This document shows, piece by piece, positions 23,488-32,805 of a stretch of DNA of 64,000 nt. The translations under genes were made by a program, and so were the position numbers. Location: positions 20,409,038 through 20,473,037 of the forward strand of contig NC_069001.1 in assembly GCF_001194135.2 (NCBI RefSeq), given 5' to 3'. Origin of the DNA: Octopus bimaculoides. Taxonomy: Eukaryota. The notes under the pieces were generated by a model. It made no database searches. It was not told the origin of the DNA and worked only from the letters and a program-made list of their open reading frames with translations. How positions within the stretch are numbered: position 1 is the first letter of the stretch; the number at the start of each line of letters is the position of its first letter.

Positions 23488-24625
23488 GTCAAGATGAAGA
23501 GCGCGATTCGATTGTAAGATATTTTATTAGTTGAACGATATTTCAACAGTACGTCTGTCTTTGTCAAGTTCAAAATAAGAAGTGATAAAAATTCAAAATT
23601 ACAGAAATTTAAATGTAAAGTATGAACGAGAGCAACCAGCGTCCATACGTTGATGGAATGGTATCATCAGATTTTAAGTTAGAATTTGATATCAGGCGAA
23701 AAGAAAAAGACAGAAAAAAAATAGAAAAAAAGAAGACGACAGAAAAAAAAGGAAAGAAAAAGAGAGAAAGAAGAATATTTAATCAAACAGTTTTGTATAA
23801 ATTTGATGATATTCTCCTGTCATCTTATTCATTCCTCCAAGGCGTGATGTTAATAACCCGCAAACATATTTCTCCTCATATATTCTGAGAAGTGAAAGTG
23901 GGGCAGATTCAGAATATTTTCTGAGAATATGCACTTTCAAGTTTTCTTTAAAATTGCAGCCGCTTGAAACGAAATGTTCAGCAAGTTCTGTTGAGCTACT
24001 ATTATTGTGCCTGATGTCGAATCTGTGCTCATTAAATGTTTTGTTTAATCGTTCTGTTGTACAACCAACATAAATTAAGTTGTGTTTCGTGCATTCTGCA
24101 CCGTACACCAAATGGGAACCTTTACATGTTCCACCTTCTGTATAAATCATAACATTTCTGTTATGATTTCTGATGGATTTCACTTCTCTCATGTTGTTGC
24201 ACAATGAACAGGGCTTACCTCTCTTGCAGCTGTTCTTTAAGGTACAGCGTGCAGATACTCCAATGTTCGTTTTCTTGGAGTCAGATATAGAGGTCAATAA
24301 TTCTCTTATATTCTTATTCCGTCTAAAGGCTACAATGGGTGGCTGAGGAAATATCTGTTTGAAACGGGGATATTTTTTCACCACATGCTGGTATCTTTCA
24401 TGCAACACTTTTGAAATGCCAGCGAAATGTCGGTGCCAGCTAATCATTAAAGGAATTCTATCATCTATTGTATTTCTTTTGCTAAAATTTTGCGTGTAGG
24501 TTTGACTATCTTTGATAATCTTAGCTATTTCATTTGCTATTTTCTTTAAACGTGATTCACTGTAACCTCGTTTGACATAATGACATACAAAAGCGTTTGC
24601 ATGTTTCCAGTAATCACCTTCACTG
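23488..24625 (-). mobile_element. Neptune-like Penelope element (family 2), 5'-truncated, with an intact 222-aa GIY-YIG reading frame (23779-24447)
   Basis: PPIVAFRRNKNIRELL, a Cys-rich linker (C..SC..GKPCSLC), and the GIY-YIG motif LVYGAECTKHNLIYVGCTTERLNKTFNEHR. Confidence 0.9.
23532..23572 (-). ncRNA. Minimal hammerhead ribozyme-like motif, family 2, second copy
   Basis: Minus strand: TGAAC TTGACAA A GACAG-ACGTA-CTGTT GAAA TATC GTTCA. Stems I and II pair fully, with G8 mutated to A. Confidence 0.6.
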
Positions 24626-24848
24626 ATGATAACGGTGACAACAACAACAACAACAACAATAATTATTATTATTATTATTTTAACTTAGGTTTTGTTGGAA
24701 TTCCTGGAGTCTTGCATGCATCTCAGGCTTGCTACTTGCAGCCTACAGTACCATGCAATCTGTTCTTTTCAACTATCTACTATTTTCCTGATGATTTTGG
24801 TCATGCCAAGGAGGCAAACCTTTTGTAACAGTTCTACTGGGTTCTCTA

Positions 24849-25754
24849 CAAGTGAGTACCCAAAAGAAACCAGAAGTTTGCAATATATCTTATTTACTTA
24901 GTTTTGCATGTTTATACTTTTATTGCCTTCAAAGTATTCTCCATTTGAAGCAATGTATCAGTCAAAGTGCATTTTCCATTGTTCAAAGCACTCCTGGAAC
25001 TCTTGCAAAGTGATACCTTTTAACACCTCTGTCATTTTTCCTTCACCTCTTCCACATCTGCAAATTCCATATTACCAGCTTTTGTCTCCAGTGATGACCT
25101 TTGAAAAATGGTCCAGATCAACTTCCAACTGTTCTTTTAGTTCATGACATGCATTCAGCCATGACTGCTGTTAATCTTTCGTGAGGAAGCGAGGTACAAA
25201 TTTTGCTGCAATTCTTTTCATTCGCAATTCCTCACTCAAAATTCTTTTGCAGGAGCTCCAAGACACACCAATCATATCAACAAATTTATCAATTGTTCAG
25301 TGACAGTCCTCCAAGATAAGTTCATGAATTTTCATGATGTTTTCATTTGTTCGGGAGTTCAACAGTTGCCCTGAACAAGGTTGGTCCTCAAGCGACACAA
25401 GTGACCATTCTTAAACTGTGAAAACCACTCATAAACTCGTGTTTTGCTCATGGCAGTGGTTTTGTAAGCTGTTTGAAGCATGACAACTGTTTTGGCCACT
25501 ATTTTACCCAGCAGAAAACAGAATTTCACAGAATCACACTGTTCCTTCATTTCAACCATTGCAAAAATCAACAAACAGGAGAGAAGCACTGCAAAACAAA
25601 GACACACCATGTGGCAGTATGACCTCACTGGTCAACGCTGGTTGGCAGACTGATGCCTGGGGGCCACATCAAGTGGCTTCTAGTGGCAAAAGCCTGAACT
25701 ACAATGGGCTTGTCCTACAGAGAAGGTTTCTGGTTACTTTTGGGTACCCCCTCA
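24849..25754 (-). mobile_element. Mariner transposon, internally deleted
   Basis: TIRs (c)aagtgagtacccaaaagaaaccagaa and ttctggttacttttgggtacccctca, with TA flanks. N-terminal HTH (VKFCFLLGK..TRVYEWFSQFKNG), a KVITGDKSW motif, and C-terminal FEQW..YFEG. Confidence 0.85.
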
Positions 25755-26029
25755 TATTCCCATTTCCTTTATATTCATTCCATTTTGAGTTCATGTGTTT
25801 TCATAATCCATTTCCACTGGGTTCACTTCTCATCCAGCATTCAATTGCTGTTCAATTTACTTCCTTATCCTACCCTTTTCTCTGTCTCTGACTTTGGGTG
25901 TAAGCAGTCTCTGAACGATAATTGAGCCTGCACTGATCAACCACAGGGTACCTGCTGGGCAAAAGACCTTCACTGTTGGTTCCAGCCTCATTCAGTACAT
26001 TTGTATTGGACATTTTCACTCTGTATATC

Positions 26030-26600
26030 ATACTTAATGTGCATGTATACATAATACATGCTACATGGCAGTAACACATGAGCTGTGACCACCAAGGACT
26101 TGCAAAGGCTTGAAAGAAATGCAGCTAGTATGCTTTGCTGAATGTGCAATGTCAGTGTGCATGTACAATAGAGTGTAAATGTCATGAGAGAAAGTTGGGC
26201 ATAAGAGGCATCAGGTGTGGTGTGCAAAAGAGATGACTGTACTGGTATGGTCATGTAATGTGTATGGAGAAGGACAGCTGTGTGAAAAAATACCATTCTC
26301 TAACTATGGAGGGAACCTGTGGAAGAGGTATACCCAGGAAGACATGGGATGAGGTGATGAAGCATGATCTTCAGATGTTGGGCCTCATGGAGGCAATGAC
26401 AAGTGACTAAGACCTTTGGCGATGTCCCATGCTTGAGAAGACCTGTCAAGCCAAGTGAAATCGCAGTCATAGCACATAAAAAGCACCCTTTAAACATTGG
26501 GCTTGAGAAAATCTGTCAAGCCAAGTGAAATTGTAGTCATGGCCAGTGTAGTGTCGCATACCTGGCACTTGTACTGGTGACATGTAAAAAGCACTCTTTG
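26030..26600 (+). mobile_element. RTE LINE 3' fragment
   Basis: Reads LREKLGIRGIRCGVQKR*LYWYGHVM..EGTCGRGIPRKTWDEV. Confidence 0.8.
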
Positions 26601-27352
26601 AACTTTGATGTTTTATTCCATTAAAACAGCTGTAGAAGACGATTTTATTGTGAACTATACATGAAATTTATACATTGTTGCTTTTTATTTTAAATATATA
26701 ATTTCGTGTGTGTGTGTGTGATTGTATGTGTGCATGCATGTATGTATGTATGTATGTACATATGTGTGTGTGTATGTATGTATATGTATCAAACAGACTC
26801 ATACACATCTGTATGTATGTATGTATGTATGTATGTATAATAAAATGGGATGATAAAGGAAATAAGCAATTATGTTATGAACCTCATTAGTTTACAGCTG
26901 TTTCTGCAATACACTCATAGTTGAGTGCTTGAATATTATCCTATAGCTTCATCAGAGCTTCAAACATGAAGTGCTATTTATTTGCAAAAATATTTACATA
27001 TATGTATAATGCTTTTCTATTTATATACATTCATGTAAATGTTTTCCTAAATAAATTACACTTCATGGTTGAAGCACTGACGAAACTGTAGGGTGATACT
27101 CAGGCACTCAGCTATGAGTGCATTGCACCTCATAGCAGAAACAGTTGCAAGCTAATGAAATTCATAACATAATTATTTATACCTTTGTCATCCCAATTTC
27201 TTATTCCTGCTCTGTACTTGACTGACACTTTGTACTGAAGCATATGTATATTGAGTTTTAAGACCAGGTTATTAGCATCTCAATGCCTAAGTGAAATATA
27301 TATATATATATATTATTTTCAAGGTTTTTAAAAACTATCTTTAAATTTTCAG

Positions 27353-27449
27353 AGGAGTTCGTTTCTTGCAAATCCTTCGTATGCTCCATGTTGACAGACA
27401 AGGAGGGACATGGAGATTACTTGGTTCTGTGATATACCTGCATCGGCAG
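27353..27449 (+). CDS. KCNQ1: KCNQ1 exon equivalent to human exon 5 (S4 voltage sensor and S4-S5 linker)
   Basis: ttttcag acceptor, GTATGT donor, 97 nt. Reads [38 protein letters not shown] is KCNQ1-type, whereas KCNQ2-5 have MDRR. Confidence 0.98.
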
Positions 27450-28604
27450 GTATGTATTTTGTGAAACATTTTCAAAATGTGTTAATAACTTTCAAGTCTG
27501 TAAAAACCACATTTCATTATTGATTTTTAACATTGACTCATATTAAAGGACAAAGTATTATCAATGGAATTGACTTCAATACATGACATGTACCTAATTC
27601 ATTGATGCTGGAGGGATGAGAGGCAATGTTGACCATAATAGGATTTGGATTTGAAATCTAGTGGGTTGAGATTAAATATTGCAAATAATCTGGTGTTTTA
27701 CCATTTCTCATGTGGTGATTACAATTACCAATTTCAGTTTCTATTTTAAATAATTTTATATCATTGCTGATAATCTGAGGAAAGATATGAGTAATATCAT
27801 ATAATCCTCCACTTTACATAACTTTAAATACATAGAACAACATATATAGTCATTAGAAATATCGTTATTATCACCATTTTTGCCAACCTTTTCTATTTGG
27901 GTGAGAAAGTGACAAACATGAAAGTATACTCAACTACATGTTTATGATATTTAGTTAGTTTCAATCCTAACAATTGCTTTGACAAGGCTTACATAATGTT
28001 ATTCAATGTGGTACTTCTCTTCACTTGATGATATTTAAGAATATGCTTGGTTTCTCTACTGCTTTCGTTTTACTCAGAGCCATCTTTGCATTATTACAGA
28101 TCTCCTGGCAAAGCAATGCACTGGGCCTATATTATTTATTTAATGAAAGCAAATCATGAAATATACAGATTAAAATTTGGCCCCTGGACCCATGGGGCCC
28201 CCAGGCAATTGTCCAACGTGCTCATGCCTTGCTTTTACTGGTCATTGAACAATGGTTGTTCAGTAGTGCCACCTTCAAGAGTTTAATTGATTATATTGAC
28301 CTCAGAACTTATTTTTCTCTGGTTTTTGTTTTATCCACCCCTAGTTGTCATATAGGACATAGAGAGACAACATAAACACATATTTGAACACAAGCACACA
28401 CACACATATGGTCAACTTCTGCATAGTTTTTGCTTACCACACTCCACACATAAGGTATCAATCAACTTATGGCTGTAAAACATTTGCCCCAGATATCATG
28501 CACTGGGACAGAACCCACACTTCTTCACCAAACTGCCATCGCTATGTCTATATGCCTGCTTACTATTTATTTCCATTTAGCACATTTTAAGTTAAGGTAT
28601 TAGG

Positions 28605-29847
28605 ATTAACAATGTTCGATGGCTTAGCCAAAGTTTGGTTCTGAAACGATTTGTTGACTGCTTAAATGAGATAAAACTCTTTTTGAATGACCAGCATGTT
28701 TCTTATCAAGAATTGTCTGACATCATGTGGGTTTGTAAACTGGTGTTTTTTCGCAGATGTTTGTGAACATTTGAATGACTCGAATGTTAAATTACAGGAC
28801 TCTGGTACGACACTTGATGTTATGTTTACTTACATAAAGTCTTTTGAAATGAAACTAGAAGTTTTAAAGAGGGATGTGGACAATGAAAGATTTAGATACT
28901 TTCCAAACATAAAGAAGTACATCAATGATCTCTCAAACGACAACAGAACAGAGCACCAATGTCTTCAAAAACTGTTTGTAAACATTATCGAGTCAACTGT
29001 TGAGCAGATTTCTACAAGGCTTGCTAAATTCAGGGAACTGGAAGAGGCAGCAAAATTCATTAAGTTTCCAGACATTATCAAACTGGAAGAACTGAACTTA
29101 CAAATGCTTTCATGGATAGACATGGTTGATTTTGAAATGCAGTTGATTGAATTTCAAAGTAGCTCAATTTTTGGAAGCAAAAATTTATTGGACCTTCGAT
29201 TTAACTTAGAAAATATTGAAAAAAGTGATTTAGAGACAGGAGTACCAGAGAGGAATGCAGAAAATGAATTAAGGAATTGGAATGCCATTTCAGAAAATTT
29301 TCCCAGTTTAAAAAACTTTGCAACAGCACTAATATCGATGTTTTCATCAACATATACCTGTGAATCCTTGTTCTCAGTGATGAACTTTGATAAGTTTTGT
29401 AATAGAAGTAACCTGACAGATGAAACTTGTAGTGCATGCATATCTCTGAAGGTTATGAAATATAAACCCGGTGCAAAATCTCTGTCATCAGTGATGCAGC
29501 AGCAGAAGTCCCACTGATAATATTGTATATACATGTATATCGAAAGGAATCCGCAAGTTTTCTGTCAAATAGGTGTTTCATTTGACTGATGTTTTCTTTT
29601 GAAAGTAGCAAAAGTTCATTGTTGTTTAGATGTAACTTTGAAGGTGAATTAATACATTTTCCATCATTATATACTGTGTTTTACTACTCTACGGTGATCT
29701 TTTTTTTTATCATTTATTAAAAAAGTTTTTAACAAACCCAAGTAGCCTAATATGTTTTCAAAAATATTTGGTTGGCACATGGAAGAATTTTGTGTCAGAG
29801 ATTTTACCAGTTTTGGTATACACTCTCAAAAAGGTTGCCCATCTCTG
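28605..29847 (+). mobile_element. hAT (Charlie/SPIN-like) transposon, 3' half; ORF 28687-29517
   Basis: VRWLS..LKRF and the dimerisation domain FPSLKNFATALISMFSSTYTCESLFSVM..RSNLTDE. Right TIR aaggttgcccatctctg is followed by gcctagat. Confidence 0.88.
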
Positions 29848-30020
29848 GCCTAGATCAATGTTTGTAAATAAGCTGTTGCTATCAGTGTAGTTCTTATCAA
29901 ACTTTTGGGACACTGTTAAACACAGCCAAGTAAAGAGATGTTTTAAGTTTATCATAGTCCTTTTAGAGCTTGCAAACCTTATGCTAAAAAGCAGATATAT
30001 AATTAATAGGGGATAGCTTT

Positions 30021-30506
30021 GGAATCTTGGGGTTAGTAGCCTGCGCTCTTAACCACTGTGCTATATGCCTGTAGGCAATTATGGAGTGAATTTTAGAGCT
30101 TATAAATCTAATATTTTCCTATCCTTCCTTAATACCAGTTCCCCTATGCTTTTCATATCTGCACTCGGTCTGTTTAGGAGGTTGTTGTGTCCTAGCATAT
30201 GTGCTGCTTCTTTTAGTTTTCGTATTTTCCAGTGGTGTTCNNNNNNNNNNTTTTAGTTTTCGTATTTTCCAGTGGTGTTCTCTGTCTATTATTTTAACTT
30301 CATCCCACAGGGGGAGGTGGTCTCCATTTATCCATACATGGTCAGCTATACCCAATTTATCAATATCTCCCCATGTCGCAGCTTTGCGATGTTCCTCTAC
30401 CCTTATTTTGAGGGGGTAGCATGTTTCGCCTTTGTATAACCTACCACAGCTGCATAGGATGGAGTTCACACAATTCTTAGTCATACTCTCTTCTATTAGT
30501 GGTTTT
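30021..30506 (-). mobile_element. Penelope family 1, inverted copy of the GIY-YIG and 3' segment
   Basis: ORF 30119-30484. Reverse-complement match to 31202-31647. Confidence 0.9.
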
Positions 30507-31870
30507 ACTTGAAGGAGAAATTAGCTCAAAGGAGATATATATTGACAAGAAGAGGCTTTAGCTATGGGTTCACCATTATCACCGATAATAGCCAATATAT
30601 ACATGGAATACTTTGAGAATTTAGCTTTAGGATCAACACCACTAAAATCAGCCCTATGGCTGCGATATGTTGATGATACCTTCATACTCTGGCCCCACCA
30701 GGAAGATGTCCAAGTGCTGTTAGATCACGTGAACTCAATAAAGCCATCCATACAGTTCACAATGGAAAAAGAAAAAGACAATCAGCTAGCATTCCTGGAT
30801 GTATTAATAACATGCACCAAGTATAGATTCAGGACATCCGTATACTGCAAGCCGACCTTCACTGGACGATACCTCAACTTCAATTCCCACCATCCATACA
30901 GTGTAAAGAGAGGGATTGCTCAATGCCTAAAACATCGAGCAATGAATATAAGTAGCGATCGTGATACACACCACGAAGAAATGATCAATCTCAGTAACAA
31001 TCTATTAAGCAACAACAACCCCAAAAGCATACTCTCCACTCCAATTATGAAGAAAAGAGAGGATGAAACCGATAAACTGTCCACAGTCTGTCTAGCCTAT
31101 GTGAAAGGTCTCTCTGAAAAGATACAAAAGATATGTGGCCCATATGACATCAGGACAGTGTTCAAGAGTAATACAACACTTCGCAAATATCTTCTTTGAG
31201 AAAAACCACCAATAGAAGAGAATATGACTAAGAACTGTGTGAACTCTATCCTATGCAGCTGTGGTAGGTGATACAAAGGCGAAACATACCTCCCACTCAA
31301 AATAAGGGTAGAGGAACATCGCAAAGCTGTGACATGGGGAGATACTGATAAATCGGGTATAGCTGATCATGTATGGAAAAATGGAGACCACCTCCCCCTG
31401 TGGGATGAAGTTAAAATAATAGACAGAGAACACCACTGGAAAATACGAGAACTAAAAGAAGCAGCACATATGCTAGGACACAACAACCTCCTAAGCAGAC
31501 TGAGTGCAGATATGAAAAGCATATGGGAACCGGTATTAAGGAAGGATAGGAAAATATTAGATTTATACACCCTTAAATTCACTCCATAATGGCCCACAGC
31601 CATATGGTGTAGTGGTTAAAAGCGCGGGCTACTAACCCCAAGATTCCGAGTTCGATTCCAGGCAGTGACCTGAATAATAATAATAATAATAATAACAATA
31701 ACATCGAAAAGTACCTTAAGAATGAGAACCCAGGTTCGAAATTTCCCCAAGAGGAGGGTATATCAGCCGAAACGTTGTGTTAACAACAAACAAGATGAGG
31801 ACAAATATCTGTCAATTGTAAATAATGTAAATAATGTACATAATTCCTCTTCTCTTAAATATAGAACTGT
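30507..31870 (+). mobile_element. Penelope family 1: RT (ORF 30564-31199), GIY-YIG and 3' region
   Basis: MGSPLSPIIANIYME, WLRYVDDTF, LAFLDVLI, YCKPTFTGRYLNFNSHHP, then GIY-YIG NSILCSCGR*YKGET..RVEEH. Confidence 0.93.
31598..31670 (+). promoter_or_regulatory. tRNA-derived segment with Pol III A and B boxes inside the Penelope 3' region
   Basis: A box TGGTGTAGTGG (31605-31615) and B box GAGTTCGATTCC (31648-31659), with tRNA-like spacing over 73 nt. The acceptor stem does not pair. Also present at about 13465-13538 and partially, inverted, at 30021-30075. Confidence 0.7.
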
Positions 31871-31989
31871 ATACATTTCATTAAATCTTCTGAGGGGTGA
31901 TAAGCAGTCAAGTGTAGAGGTATTTGACTTTAGAAAATTTCATGGGAGTCATATTAAATAATTTAATGAATTTATCCATTATTTGCTAC

Positions 31990-32125
31990 AATCGCTTTCG
32001 TGACGGATCCGGCGCCTTTCGTGGAAGCTTTCGCCCGCTTCTTAGGACCGACTGACCCGTGCTCGACCGCCGTTGGCACGGAACCCTTCTCCACTTCGGT
32101 CTTCGAAGGTCTCGTTCGAATATTT
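31990..32125 (-). pseudogene. 28S rRNA fragment (conserved core before D7, running into D7a)
   Basis: Minus strand AAATATTCGAACGAGACCTTCGAAGACCGAAGTGGAGAAGGGTTCCGTG...GGGTCAGTCGGTCCTAAG matches the eukaryotic LSU core. It is a GC/CpG-rich island in AT-rich flanks. Confidence 0.9.
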
Positions 32126-32317
32126 ATATATAATAAATTATATATATAATTTATTCCATTATATGTACAATTCATTATTTTTAAGACATGGAAGATTAAA
32201 GAGGAAAAAAAATTGTTATTTGCATTGTTATTATTTAATTTAATAAGTATATACACAAACAAAACTATCAAACTATAACTTTTGGTCTCTATTCTTTTTC
32301 TTTATATATATTTTCAG

Positions 32318-32446
32318 GAGTTGATAACTACCCTATATATCGGATTTTTAGGTCTGATTTTCTCATCCTATTTTGTCTACCTGGCAGAAAGGAAAGAAGG
32401 TAAAAAAGACTTTGCCAGCTATGCTGATGCCTTATGGTGGGGAGTT
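32318..32446 (+). CDS. KCNQ1: KCNQ1 exon equivalent to human exon 6 (S5, turret, pore helix)
   Basis: ttttcag acceptor, GTAAGT donor, 129 nt. Reads [43 protein letters not shown]. Has the KCNQ1-type Leu (TTLY) where KCNQ2-5 have the retigabine-site Trp. Confidence 0.98.
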
Positions 32447-32805
32447 GTAAGTATACATAAATAGTCATTAAAGATTCTGTAAAAATATGAAAAACATTCC
32501 AGAAGTTAAGCATTTAGTAAATTCGTAAACAAATGTATAGACCTGCAAATATATGTATGTATACAGATACATAAGTCAGACCATACTGATCTACACAAGT
32601 AATGATATCTATACTTGTACACATATATATGTGTGTATATACATATAAACATACATGCATGCATATTCCATTCATGTTATCTAAATTCCAAAGAAGGAGC
32701 CTTGTTTTGGGGTTAAAAACTGGATTTTTTTCCATTAGTGAGAAATTTGAAAAATAAAACAAGAAGCACAGATATGCATGCATGCCTACATACATACATA
32801 CATAC

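Noticed and set aside
30210-30280. Apparent 30-bp tandem duplication around a 10-N gap
   Set aside because: Identical sequence on both sides of a minimal gap indicates an unmerged contig overlap.
31598-31670. Functional tRNA gene (apparent anticodon ACT)
   Set aside because: The acceptor stem does not pair, the anticodon stem has only 3 bp, and the segment is embedded in repeated Penelope copies. It is treated as a tRNA-derived promoter-like segment.
31980-31989. GTAGCAAATA at the 3' end of the 28S insert, matching the rRNA sequence just upstream of its 5' end (possible circular permutation)
   Set aside because: Only 10 nt, half of it an AT-rich overlap that could be a TSD or chance. It cannot be separated from native D7a sequence without this species' 28S.
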